Notes under the pieces: model-generated
Database searches by the model: none
Told to the model about the DNA's origin: nothing
The model's input: only the letters and a program-made list of their open reading frames with translations
Part shown: positions 47,857 through 57,663 of the stretch, in pieces
Layout: each line of letters starts with the position of its first letter
Position numbering within the stretch: position 1 is the stretch's first letter
Assembly: GCA_038045945.1 (NCBI GenBank)
Contig: JBBSXC010000003.1
Location: forward strand, 188,414-252,413
Direction of reading: 5' to 3'
DNA: 64,000 nucleotides
Origin: Nanobdellota archaeon
GTDB taxonomy: Archaea; Nanobdellota; Nanobdellia; Pacearchaeales; GW2011-AR1
Position numbers and translations under genes: made by a program

Positions 47857-48219
47857 CTAATAAAAGAAATGATTAATCAAAACGAACATTGATATCAAAA
47901 AATACATAGCTAACCATATCTCCGCTAACCAGTCAGGTATGTTTATGCCAAGGTACCGATGAAGAAAAGTAGGGATAAACTTCTTTCTTTTAATATGTTC
48001 TCCGGCTTTTATTCTTAGGTCATACTCTTCTGTCGTTAAAGGACAACTGAAACCATAAACTAGCTCAATAAGCCAAATTAATGCTAACCAAAATGCTGAA
48101 TAAATAATTAGTGGTTTGTAAAAGAAAATTAGCACCATAGCAGAAATGGTTACAACAAATATGAATATATGAATAATGCTAATCTTCTCTGCTAGAGACT
48201 CATAATCACTCTTTTTCAT
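47857..48219 (-). CDS. DUF2784-like membrane protein
   Basis: IIH..CPLTTEEYDLRIKAG..FI pattern. Confidence 0.7.
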   Translation of the reverse strand: MKKSDYESLAEKISIIHIFIFVVTISAMVLIFFYKPLIIYSAFWLALIWLIELVYGFSCPLTTEEYDLRIKAGEHIKRKKFIPTFLHRYLGINIPDWLAEIWLAMYFLISMFVLINHFFY

Positions 48220-48327
48220 AACATCATAAAATAAAATGCTTTATTTATTAAGCTATCGCCCTTATAATAAAAAACTATTAACAAGAGAATAACTATCTTT
48301 ATAAAATGAGCATTACAACTTATAATA

Positions 48328-49020
48328 ATGGTATTAACAAACACGAACAGCAATACTGGTGAAATTAAGAAGCGTAATGTTGCTTTCAAACTAAAAATTG
48401 GTGACATCCTGCGAGGACAACCAATAACAGACCCAGGAAACCTTGACAATAGTGGAAACCCGAGATTCAAATTTTTAGACTTAGATCATAAAGAAATCAT
48501 TAGAGTTAACATTGTTGCTAACGTTGTTGACAAATTCTCAAGTGAAGGGGAAAAACAGTACTCAACACTAACAATTGATGATGCATCAGGACAATTAAGA
48601 CTTAAAATGTTCGGTGATGACGTTTTACGATTCGAAGCGATTAATCCAGGAGACACAGTAATGGTTATTGGTTTATGCAGATTTTTTAATAACGAAGTTT
48701 ATTTATCGCCAGAAATAATAACTATTAAAGACCCAAGATACTTACTTGTTAGAAAACTAGAATTAGAAGGAACAAGCTCAGCAGCATTAACAACCAGCAC
48801 TTCCCAAGCAACAAACCATAATAAAGAAGAAGTATTAGCCGTTAAAGACCAAATTATTAAGATGATTAAGGACGCAGAAGAATTTGGAGGAATTGACGCA
48901 GAAAAAATGATTATGACAATCAAAGCACCTAAAGAAATAATAGACCAAGAAATAAAAAAGATGTTAGAAGAAGGATTAGCATACGAACCAAGACCAGGAA
49001 AACTAAGATACTTAGGATAA
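48328..49020 (+). CDS. replication protein A, RPA32/RPA2-like subunit (OB fold plus C-terminal wHTH)
   Basis: RVNIVANVVDK..IDDASGQL; C-terminal AYEPRPGK. Confidence 0.85.
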   Translation: MVLTNTNSNTGEIKKRNVAFKLKIGDILRGQPITDPGNLDNSGNPRFKFLDLDHKEIIRVNIVANVVDKFSSEGEKQYSTLTIDDASGQLRLKMFGDDVLRFEAINPGDTVMVIGLCRFFNNEVYLSPEIITIKDPRYLLVRKLELEGTSSAALTTSTSQATNHNKEEVLAVKDQIIKMIKDAEEFGGIDAEKMIMTIKAPKEIIDQEIKKMLEEGLAYEPRPGKLRYLG

Positions 49021-49025
49021 AAACA

Positions 49026-49322
49026 ATGGTTAATTCCTTAGGATTCTACGAAGCAGCGGACGGACTTTTTAGAGGACACCAAATATTTTTTAGTTTATTA
49101 TCTGAAGGAAGACTCAAACCTAAACAAGCAATAAGAGTTTATGATTATGGAAGAGACGCAAAAAGAGAAAACTATTACACTCTAGGGCCTAAGAAAAAAC
49201 TTTACGGAGAAGGAGTTGTTGAAGTAAAACCCCAAGAAGTATTAAACGGAAGGGACGGTTGGTGTTTTGACGGTTACAGTTTTGAAAGACTACCAAAAAA
49301 AGGAATAGAAAACAAGGTTTAA
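49026..49322 (+). CDS. hypothetical protein
   Basis: 98-aa ORF in a + strand run. Confidence 0.6.
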   Translation: MVNSLGFYEAADGLFRGHQIFFSLLSEGRLKPKQAIRVYDYGRDAKRENYYTLGPKKKLYGEGVVEVKPQEVLNGRDGWCFDGYSFERLPKKGIENKV

Positions 49323-49328
49323 AAAAAT

Positions 49329-49748
49329 ATGACACTTAAAATAAGCATACCTAAGGTCGTTCGTGGAAGACTAGAACCAAAACAAGGAGGAATATACCTT
49401 GTTGAAGTAGACGACAGGTACATGAAAGGAGACGCACAAACAGTCCTAAGACCAAGGTATGGTTATTATGAAGGACCTAACGGTCGAGACTTCACTTTCT
49501 TGGTACCTGAAGAAGAAGGATTAAGGTACGGAGAAAAAACAGAAGCAGGAATAGCACAATATAGAGCAATGATTAACAAACCCGTAAAAATGATAAAATT
49601 AGAAGGAAGAGAAGAAGAAATTCCAGGGTTTGAAATTAAGAGCAGGTACAGAATTACTGATCAAGCAATACTAAACCACTCGAAAGCAATTCTTAAAAGA
49701 ATAGGACTAACAGCAAGGGTTGAAGAAGTAGAATTTGTTCAAGACTAA
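49329..49748 (+). CDS. hypothetical protein
   Basis: 139-aa ORF in a + strand run. Confidence 0.65.
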   Translation: MTLKISIPKVVRGRLEPKQGGIYLVEVDDRYMKGDAQTVLRPRYGYYEGPNGRDFTFLVPEEEGLRYGEKTEAGIAQYRAMINKPVKMIKLEGREEEIPGFEIKSRYRITDQAILNHSKAILKRIGLTARVEEVEFVQD

Positions 49749-49755
49749 GGCAGAT

Positions 49756-50796
49756 TTATGCTAACAATAAAGATTCTTCAGTTAAGGATTTTGATTTTAC
49801 CATATCAAAACACCTGCTTATGAAACGGTCGAAAACTTTAGCTCTTTGATCCATACTTTTAACTAATAACTCATAAGAATGTAAATGTTTCAACCTCTCA
49901 CCTACAGGAAGGCTTGATAAATAATTTATTGTTTTGCGATACTCATTAAATAATGATATTGATTCTTCAAGCTCTGATGAGTCAAAATCCGGAAACTCTT
50001 TTAAGAATTCTTTAGCTAAATCATTCTTATTTATTAGCCTCCCATCAGAAGTTCTAGGAACGGAGCCATTCTTGAGCCATAATAAGTCTAAAACATTAAA
50101 AACTGGTTCTCTAATCCTTAAAGCTAACAACTCATAATTAATACCATCATCAGAATTTACAGGCATCTGGGACTTCTCTTTAAGCCTATTCTGAACAAAA
50201 ATCATCCTAGCCATCATTTCATGAAGCCTCATCTTATCAGAAGCCTTAGACCTGTAACGAGTAATCCGCGAATGAGGACCTGTTAATATATCAAGGGGGT
50301 TCTTTCCTACAACGTTTTGAGCAATAGCCTCAGGAGAAGACGCACAAGTCTTAAGGTACTCTACAAACCTGTGACCAGTAGAACAAGAAACACGTTTTTC
50401 CTCATCCTGAGCATCAACAACTAATACTTTATTATCTTCATCATTACCCGAGAGTTCTCCAGCCCTCCAATCAGAAGCCCTATCACTAATTCTAGGATGG
50501 GGAGATAAACCAATATTAAACAATTTTTTACCCTTTTCTTCAAGATCCCTAAAAACTTCCTTGGCAGAGGTACGATTCAACTTTTCACTGTTATAAACTA
50601 TCAATAAGTCAAGATCACTACCCGCATAGAAGTCTCCCTGAATCATAGAACCATAAAATAACGCACCAACTATTAATCCCTCATCATGCATCCTTTGAAG
50701 CTCACCACGAGCCCAATGTTTAAAGGCAGAATAAGAGTTAATATTAGGAACAACATTCTCAACAAACACTTCTTTTATGCTGAAAACTTTTGCCAT
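49756..50796 (-). CDS. Pol-beta superfamily nucleotidyltransferase with helical C-terminal region
   Basis: LFYGSMIQGDFYAGSDLDLLIV. Confidence 0.75.
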   Translation of the reverse strand: MAKVFSIKEVFVENVVPNINSYSAFKHWARGELQRMHDEGLIVGALFYGSMIQGDFYAGSDLDLLIVYNSEKLNRTSAKEVFRDLEEKGKKLFNIGLSPHPRISDRASDWRAGELSGNDEDNKVLVVDAQDEEKRVSCSTGHRFVEYLKTCASSPEAIAQNVVGKNPLDILTGPHSRITRYRSKASDKMRLHEMMARMIFVQNRLKEKSQMPVNSDDGINYELLALRIREPVFNVLDLLWLKNGSVPRTSDGRLINKNDLAKEFLKEFPDFDSSELEESISLFNEYRKTINYLSSLPVGERLKHLHSYELLVKSMDQRAKVFDRFISRCFDMVKSKSLTEESLLLA

Positions 50797-50965
50797 AAGA
50801 AAGAATTACCATTTCTCTAGTATTTATTCATTTATGTCCACTAAAGAAGTAAGACAACAAAAAATAGCCCTACAATAAGTTGTACCAAAAAATTTAGTAA
50901 TCGATGATGGAAAAATGTTTTTGAAGAAAAATAGCTTTAAAAACTCCCTTTCTCTTTCCCTAATC

Positions 50966-51379
50966 ATGGAATCTTACGAAGAGTTACTTAATGAAGCATT
51001 AGCAAAAGTCAAACCTATTGAGAGTAAGGCTTTTGATAGGTTCGAAATCCCTAGAGCTAGCAGCATGGTTGAAGGTAAGAAGACTATTCTTAACAACTTC
51101 AAAATAATTTGCGGTTATATCAGAAGAAACCCTGATCACGTACTAAAATACTTATTGCGAGAACTTGCAACACCAGGAACACTAAAAGGAGACAGGCTAA
51201 TAATGCAAAAAAAGACTAATAATGACATGATTGATGGAAAAATAAGGTCTTACGTTGAAGAATTCGTTATATGTAAAGAGTGTAAAAAACCAGACACCGA
51301 ACTTGTAAGACAAGAATCATTCTACTTCGTTCACTGCTTAGCCTGTGGGGCAAAACACAGCGTAAGAAGCAAAATATGA
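50966..51379 (+). CDS. eif2b: translation initiation factor aIF2 beta
   Basis: RFEIP..GKKTILNNF..RELATPG; CKECKKPDT..CLACGA; start reassigned to MESYEELL. Confidence 0.95.
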   Translation: MESYEELLNEALAKVKPIESKAFDRFEIPRASSMVEGKKTILNNFKIICGYIRRNPDHVLKYLLRELATPGTLKGDRLIMQKKTNNDMIDGKIRSYVEEFVICKECKKPDTELVRQESFYFVHCLACGAKHSVRSKI

Positions 51380-51639
51380 TAACTATAACAAGAAAAACTA
51401 TTGAAAAAACTCTTGAAACAACAGACATTGATGGCAACCCATTAGTCATAGGAAGAGCCTATACTGATGGATCAAGAAGAATAATTATTAGTTCTGAAGA
51501 AATATACGAAGGCGGAGCTGATGAGCCTTGCGCCACTATTACTCATAACTTAGGAAGAATACTTGTTGAATGCCAATACAGAAGGGTAGGAGTGAAAAAA
51601 CTACCAGTTTATAATTCAGAACTAATACCAGCAGGATGA
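51376..51639 (+). CDS. hypothetical protein
   Basis: 87 aa, ATGA overlap with aIF2-beta. Confidence 0.6.
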   Translation: MITITRKTIEKTLETTDIDGNPLVIGRAYTDGSRRIIISSEEIYEGGADEPCATITHNLGRILVECQYRRVGVKKLPVYNSELIPAG

Positions 51640-51749
51640 TAAAAAAAGTAATTTTTACTACTTCTTCAATAAAAATACCTTAAAGATATCTTTAAATAAG
51701 CCTAAATTAGCATTATTTATGTATAAGGGAGGATAAAAAAAAGAAAAAT

Positions 51750-51923
51750 ATGGCAGGTTTAGAAGCATACTGTGTTAAGTGTAGAGAAAAGAGCGAGATG
51801 AAGAATCATGTTGTAAGTCAAACAGCAAGAGGCGGATGGATGGCAAAGGGCCCTTGCATTAAGTGCGGCACTAACATGGCAAAAATATTAAGCAAAGAAC
51901 AAGCAGACAAGCTTAAGAAATAA
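51750..51923 (+). CDS. 57-aa Zn-ribbon protein (DUF5679-like; not in ORF track)
   Basis: MAGLEAYCVKCREKSEMK..KGPCIKCGTNMAKIL; GGAGG upstream. Confidence 0.85.
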   Translation: MAGLEAYCVKCREKSEMKNHVVSQTARGGWMAKGPCIKCGTNMAKILSKEQADKLKK

Positions 51924-52070
51924 AAACAAAAAATTTATTTTTATTTTATTATTATAGTAAGTAAATAGAAAAAAAAGGGTGATTATCAGGTTTTTTTAGA
52001 TTAAGAAACACCTAAAACGATAGATTTTTTCTAGGTAAGTTTTAAAAGCAACCCTAACGATTATTAGTTT

Positions 52071-52376
52071 ATGTCATACCTAATAAAAGTCCATAAAACA
52101 TACAGGTCAGTAGTAGCTGTTTGTGATGAAGAGATAATAGGAAAAAATTATGAGGAAGGACAAAAGGTACTACAAGTACCTGAAAGCTTTTACAAAGGAG
52201 AAATAATAGCAACTGAGAAAGAACTTATGGAATTATTAGTTGATTTAGCAGCAGAAGACTCAACTTTTAACATAGCAGGAAAAAGATCAGTTGATGCAGC
52301 AATAAAAGCAGGACTAGTCAACAAAAAAGGCGTAGGAACAGTACAAGGAATACCATTCGCACTAATATTACTATAA
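52071..52376 (+). CDS. DUF424 family protein
   Basis: VVAVCDEEIIGK..FYKG..NIAG..V..AI..G..GIPFA. Confidence 0.85.
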   Translation: MSYLIKVHKTYRSVVAVCDEEIIGKNYEEGQKVLQVPESFYKGEIIATEKELMELLVDLAAEDSTFNIAGKRSVDAAIKAGLVNKKGVGTVQGIPFALILL

Positions 52377-52377
52377 A

Positions 52378-53055
52378 CTAATTATTAGCCGGTGCATCAG
52401 CTAAACCTAGAAGATTATTAAGATAAAAAACCCCCATATTTCTAAGGGCCAAAACCCTTGGAAAAATATCATCATAATCCGAACAAAAAGCTCTACAATT
52501 AGCAGTAACTTCTTCCCTACCACCATCAAAACCTCTCACTAGATCACTAAGACTATAAGACCTCATCTTCTCAGGACTCATAAGTACGACTTCTGGATCC
52601 TCAATTCTACGATAAACTACTTCAACCCATCCGCGAGATCGAGAATAATCAGGATTGCAAAAAGAACCTAGTTCAGTTTTCTCGTTTGACAAAAATATAG
52701 GAACAGGCGCTAGACACATACGTAAAGTTCTATCACCTTCTGACAACCCAAGAGATAAAAAGCCATCAACCTGAGGGGTAGCACTAATAACCCAATCATC
52801 CCTAAAACGCTCATAACCCCTAAGACTAGAAGGGTCCACACCGTCAGCCCTCAAAACTCCAAGATGATAATCCATATCAATATTATACCAATCCTTAACA
52901 ACTCCACAAGGATCATTAATGGTTGAAAGGTTAACCCTCAAAGCAGGATCCAAACGCATAACTCTAGGATTAACCGGAACAGTAGCGGTTAAGTCTTCTC
53001 CTCTCTCCTTAACTGACTGCAATGGAAGTTCTTCTCTTAAAAGTAAATCATTCAT
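52378..53055 (-). CDS. hypothetical protein
   Basis: 225-aa ORF, minus-strand codon style. Confidence 0.65.
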   Translation of the reverse strand: MNDLLLREELPLQSVKERGEDLTATVPVNPRVMRLDPALRVNLSTINDPCGVVKDWYNIDMDYHLGVLRADGVDPSSLRGYERFRDDWVISATPQVDGFLSLGLSEGDRTLRMCLAPVPIFLSNEKTELGSFCNPDYSRSRGWVEVVYRRIEDPEVVLMSPEKMRSYSLSDLVRGFDGGREEVTANCRAFCSDYDDIFPRVLALRNMGVFYLNNLLGLADAPANN

Positions 53056-53164
53056 AAAATATTTATAGAAATATGAGCTTAAAACTATTATTGTAATAAA
53101 GGCAACTAATTATTATACTTTCACACCAATAATCCTTTTAAACTGAAGTGGTCATTCATTATTT

Positions 53165-54337
53165 ATGGCTAAGAGTGACACAATAATTATTGTTTTTTTA
53201 TTGCTCTTAGCGTCAATGACAATAATAGAATTTGCAAGTCCCGTAAGCGCATTACAATGTGTAAAGTCAAGCGATGATTACGCTAGCGAAATGGTTCTTA
53301 ACAAACCAGGAACAGAATACAACCTAAACTACTTATCAAACGCACAAAAAGTGATATTAAGAGATAACAGGTACACTTACGAATCACACTACAACAAAAA
53401 CCTCTTGGTAATAATATCAGAAGTTAAAGAAGACGAACAAGAAGCACCAGGACTGTCAATAAAGATACAAATGCCAACTATAGCCCACAAAGAAAACGTC
53501 CACATACTAGACTTAGTATCAAAATCAGTTAAAGGAAAAATAATACCAGAAAACGTTAGTTCATCATCATACAAAGAGTGGAGTGTAGGATGCACAAACG
53601 AAAGAATAATATCAGAATGCAAATTCTTAAGAGAAGGGGTAGCAGTAATAGCAAGACTTAACGATGGAAGTTACAATGTAGAACTAGAAATAAGTAATTC
53701 AGGAGCATGCCAAGCCTCATGCAGTGGATATTGCGTTAGAAGCGGGGGAAGTTCAACATGCATAACAAACGAAACAAAAACAAGCACTGAAGACTTACTA
53801 AAACATGTAGGACTAATAAAAAACTTTAATGAGTTCATATCAGCATACAACATAGTAAAAAACGGTGAGACACCAATAAACACTATTGATACAGAAATGA
53901 CAGAAGAAGTTGATTGGCAAAGAGCAATGAAAGAAGAATTAGCATGGCTTAAGAGTCAGGACATAATAAGAATACTAAACGATGATATTGACAAAGTATC
54001 ATCACTATCAAGACAAGGATCATCAGGGCATAATAACAGAGTAGTTTACGCTAAGAACAGGATGGGAGTACCAGAATGGGTTTATTATAACGAATCAGTA
54101 CAACCAATAATAAACTTTGATAAAGAGTGCTCAGAATACGTAATATCACCAGGAATAACTGGAGGAGTAACATTCGAAACAGGAAACAGCAAAAACTATT
54201 ACTTAATACCAACATTCGCAATAATAATTATACTACTAATATTTGCTCTGGTAATAACATTCACAAGATGGAATCACGAAAGACTAAAAAACCAAAGAAA
54301 AGACATAGATAAAGAAATACAAAAAATAAGAAAGTAA
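53165..54337 (+). CDS. secreted Cys-rich protein with C-terminal TM anchor
   Basis: Signal peptide; C..DDYASEMVLNKPG; W..AMKEELAWL; ITGGV then TM and basic tail. Confidence 0.75.
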   Translation: MAKSDTIIIVFLLLLASMTIIEFASPVSALQCVKSSDDYASEMVLNKPGTEYNLNYLSNAQKVILRDNRYTYESHYNKNLLVIISEVKEDEQEAPGLSIKIQMPTIAHKENVHILDLVSKSVKGKIIPENVSSSSYKEWSVGCTNERIISECKFLREGVAVIARLNDGSYNVELEISNSGACQASCSGYCVRSGGSSTCITNETKTSTEDLLKHVGLIKNFNEFISAYNIVKNGETPINTIDTEMTEEVDWQRAMKEELAWLKSQDIIRILNDDIDKVSSLSRQGSSGHNNRVVYAKNRMGVPEWVYYNESVQPIINFDKECSEYVISPGITGGVTFETGNSKNYYLIPTFAIIIILLIFALVITFTRWNHERLKNQRKDIDKEIQKIRK

Positions 54338-54432
54338 GCATTCACTTTCTCAAAAATTAAGGTTAAATCACCTTATTCTTACCCTAAAAAATCTTAAAAT
54401 TAAAAAATAAAAGTTTGTCAGCTAAGAATTAT

Positions 54433-54786
54433 TTATTCTTTGCTAACGCCGTAGTAGACAGCTAAACATACAACACCTATTACTAAGTGAAGTACAGTTA
54501 TTGCAGTGTTAATGTTCAATAAGCTCATTAACAAAGAATCTACTCCTGGTACGAAGCCAAGTATTCCAAGGACTATACCTCCCCATCCAACAGCCATGTT
54601 GTAACCATAGCCCATTCCCTTAGTTCCAGCGTAAATTCCTAGTAATCCTACGATTACATGGATAACGCTCTGGATCATGTTAACGCCAAAGATTCCAAGG
54701 ATGCTAGTAGTGAAGAATCCCCAAATACCGACCAATAACAAAACGATACCAAGTATCAATGCAAAGGTCTTTTGTGTATTATTCAT
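54433..54786 (-). CDS. DUF4383-like four-TM protein
   Basis: Two GxN..LH/IH TM hairpin repeats; strong AAGGAGGT RBS. Confidence 0.75.
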   Translation of the reverse strand: MNNTQKTFALILGIVLLLVGIWGFFTTSILGIFGVNMIQSVIHVIVGLLGIYAGTKGMGYGYNMAVGWGGIVLGILGFVPGVDSLLMSLLNINTAITVLHLVIGVVCLAVYYGVSKE

Positions 54787-54909
54787 TTTAACCTCCTTTC
54801 AATATTATGAGTGCTATAACGAAAAAAACTATTGTCAAACACCACGAAGAAGCTAAGAATAAGACGTATATAAAGGTTATTAAAAAGCCAAAAAACTAAT
54901 AAGGATAAG

Positions 54910-55632
54910 CTAAAATTTTTTCCAAACAAAGAAGGCAAGATAAGGTATTTTCATTGACATCTCATCAATACTAGCCCACTCTTCTTTAGGAATATTCTCC
55001 ACGAAATCAACCAAAGTGAAGCCTTCTTTCAGAAATTCTTGGAAGTATTCCTGAAGAATTCTTGGAAAGGCAGGAAATTTAAGACCTGATTTAGCAATAT
55101 TATAGTAAACTACCCCATTATCAAAGTAACTATTACTGGGAGTAAATACACTCCTCTTTGAATCCCTAAACATATAAGTTATTGGATGCGGAATTGAAAA
55201 AATAAATAATCCTTGTGATTTAAGCACCCTTTTTATCCCATTTACAGCCTTGCTCAGTTCCCTAACATGGTCTAAGACAAAAGAAGAAGTCACAATATCA
55301 AAAGATTCTCCATCAAATCCTAAACTATAAATATTGCCAACTTCAAAATTAGCATGAGGGCAGTAATCTTTTGCCAACTTAATCATTTCACTGCTCAAAT
55401 CAATACCAGTGCATTTAGCCCCCCTAGACACATACTCTTTTATATGAATACCAGGACCACACCCAATATCAAGCAAGGATTTATTACTCAAATCTCCAGG
55501 AACTAACTTAAACATCATCGGTTGTTCTATTTCACGATTTTGAAAACCAGATGTACCACGACCGGCAGTTCTAGAAAAAAGATAATCTTTAGAGACCTTA
55601 TCATAAACCCTTTCTAACTCTTTTTCTTCCAT
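54910..55632 (-). CDS. class I SAM-dependent methyltransferase
   Basis: LDIGCGPG, GIDLS..MI, FDIVTS, RVLK..G.FIFS.PHP. Confidence 0.9.
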   Translation of the reverse strand: MEEKELERVYDKVSKDYLFSRTAGRGTSGFQNREIEQPMMFKLVPGDLSNKSLLDIGCGPGIHIKEYVSRGAKCTGIDLSSEMIKLAKDYCPHANFEVGNIYSLGFDGESFDIVTSSFVLDHVRELSKAVNGIKRVLKSQGLFIFSIPHPITYMFRDSKRSVFTPSNSYFDNGVVYYNIAKSGLKFPAFPRILQEYFQEFLKEGFTLVDFVENIPKEEWASIDEMSMKIPYLAFFVWKKF

Positions 55633-55637
55633 AATTT

Positions 55638-57029
55638 TTAGAAGTCTTCTTTTCTTCTTGGTTCAGTTACAAAATAGGACCTGTTACTTTCACTTTCAAA
55701 TATTCTGTTATCTTTTTCGTAAACTGCTGTTGCTTTAGGAAGTTCAAACCTTCCAACAACACCAACCCTTGAATAGATAATGTAACTAAGAACTCTTTCT
55801 TCTCCCCTGTCAAGGTTACCAAGATTCCATTCTAAGCGTTTAGTAGCTTCATCAAACCTGGAAGGCGTAATAGCTCCGAAACGTTCGTAAAGTTTAGCAA
55901 TAGCTGGAATCCTGTCATAAACCTTAACTCTTTCAACAAAACCCCTACCACGAACATGAAGGGATACTCTAAGACCGAATTGTCCCCCCTTAGCCCTAAC
56001 AAAAGTTACACGTTTGCGAACAATAACATGACTTCTTCTGTAAACATTAACGAAGAATGATAAAACAAGAGCAGCAGCAAATATTAGTAGAGGGATAAGC
56101 CAGTTAGTAGTTACTTGAACCTTATAATTCTCTCCTGGTTTAAGCTCCTTCTGCCAATAATAATAAACGGATAATCCCTGCCTATCAACATTGTAAGGCT
56201 CTAAATTATAAGTTGTGAACAGTCTAGAAACAATGTTTTTCTTAACTACAACATCAGCCATAGTTTCAAGATTACCCTTATTAGTCTTACTTATGACTAA
56301 CTTGTTAATAGCAAAACCGTAATTTTCTTGCTCTGTATCAATAAGATTTTTTTCACTAAAACGAATATCAGTCTCTAAGTGTTTACTAACGCCATCAATT
56401 TCTAAATCAGTTTTTAGTATGTATTGTCCAGCACTAAGAACAGAAATCTTTTCTTTATCAACAGGAACTTGAAATTCTTTCTTCTCAAAACCTTTCAAAG
56501 AAAATTTTTCTTCATCTGAAAAGAATACTGATGAAAACTTAGCTTCAATATCATTGTACTCAAAGTTATAATTATTCTTAAAATAAATAGTTGCTTGGTC
56601 AGCTGAAGGCTCAATAGGGTAAGTGCCAATGGAGAAAGCATCAACTAATTGAACAACATTAAGCGTTAAAGTGTCTTCTTGAACTCCAGACTTATCACCC
56701 TTTATTTTGTAAACAAAAACTAATGAACCAGTATCATGTTTTAAGTCCTCATTAGGATAAACTTTAATTAATACTTCTTTTGTTTCACCACTTTGAAGAA
56801 AAGTTGGGTCTTCAGGTGTTATCTTAACACCAACAAGACTGTAAAAAGTGAATGTGTCATCAGCACCATTATTAGTTAGCGTTATACCAAAAGTTGCCGG
56901 TTGCTTAACTTCAGAAATTACAACATCATTAATAACTCTTTTTTGTATCGAAACATCAGCTAAAACACCAGAAGATAAACAAAAAACCATTAATAACAAA
57001 AATAGTAACCTAAAATTTTTATTAGTCAT
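55638..57029 (-). CDS. hypothetical single-pass membrane protein with beta-rich domains
   Basis: Signal peptide, internal TM (WLIPLLIFAAALVLSFF), basic Ig-like C-terminal domain. Confidence 0.75.
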   Translation of the reverse strand: MTNKNFRLLFLLLMVFCLSSGVLADVSIQKRVINDVVISEVKQPATFGITLTNNGADDTFTFYSLVGVKITPEDPTFLQSGETKEVLIKVYPNEDLKHDTGSLVFVYKIKGDKSGVQEDTLTLNVVQLVDAFSIGTYPIEPSADQATIYFKNNYNFEYNDIEAKFSSVFFSDEEKFSLKGFEKKEFQVPVDKEKISVLSAGQYILKTDLEIDGVSKHLETDIRFSEKNLIDTEQENYGFAINKLVISKTNKGNLETMADVVVKKNIVSRLFTTYNLEPYNVDRQGLSVYYYWQKELKPGENYKVQVTTNWLIPLLIFAAALVLSFFVNVYRRSHVIVRKRVTFVRAKGGQFGLRVSLHVRGRGFVERVKVYDRIPAIAKLYERFGAITPSRFDEATKRLEWNLGNLDRGEERVLSYIIYSRVGVVGRFELPKATAVYEKDNRIFESESNRSYFVTEPRRKEDF

Positions 57030-57091
57030 CCTTAGAAATCGTCATAACCATATTTAAAGTTTATTATGATGCAAATTAGAGAGAAAACAGA

Positions 57092-57592
57092 CTACTTTAC
57101 GCCTTCTAACACTAAGAATGATTTTAATTGTCCGACAAGGTCATCCATGTCTGAAGCGTAAGCGTTCTTAAAACCCTTATATACACTATCATTTATGAAC
57201 TTGTCATAAATACCTCGGAAAAACTTTGTCGACCATGAAGACTCCCAATCACCTTTATAATCTCTTTCAACTTCAGAATTAACACCCACTTTAACTGACC
57301 CTTTATTAGAATTCTCTTTTCTATCACCCTTTTGCACCTCAACAGACTTAAGGTTTCTTAAAGTCATCTTAATTTTACCAATATACTTTATGTAATCAGT
57401 AACTTTTTTTTCTATCTCCCACTTAACCTCTATTTCTTTACCATCAGGAGTGATTTTTTCAGAATAAGCAGACTCTGCAATATCATAACTTTTATTTTTT
57501 AGAAAATCATAAGCAAAATTATAAAGTTTTTTAAAATCAAAGATACCGTCATGTTCTATTTCAGTTTTATAAACTAAGTCTTTAGTACCCAT
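57092..57592 (-). CDS. hypothetical protein
   Basis: 166-aa ORF, aromatic/charged, own TATA-like box. Confidence 0.7.
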   Translation of the reverse strand: MGTKDLVYKTEIEHDGIFDFKKLYNFAYDFLKNKSYDIAESAYSEKITPDGKEIEVKWEIEKKVTDYIKYIGKIKMTLRNLKSVEVQKGDRKENSNKGSVKVGVNSEVERDYKGDWESSWSTKFFRGIYDKFINDSVYKGFKNAYASDMDDLVGQLKSFLVLEGVK

Positions 57593-57663
57593 TATTTAAT
57601 AACAGCCCTTTTTTTATTATAACTAAGGACAAAAAGAAGTATATAAACATTACTTGAAAAGGG

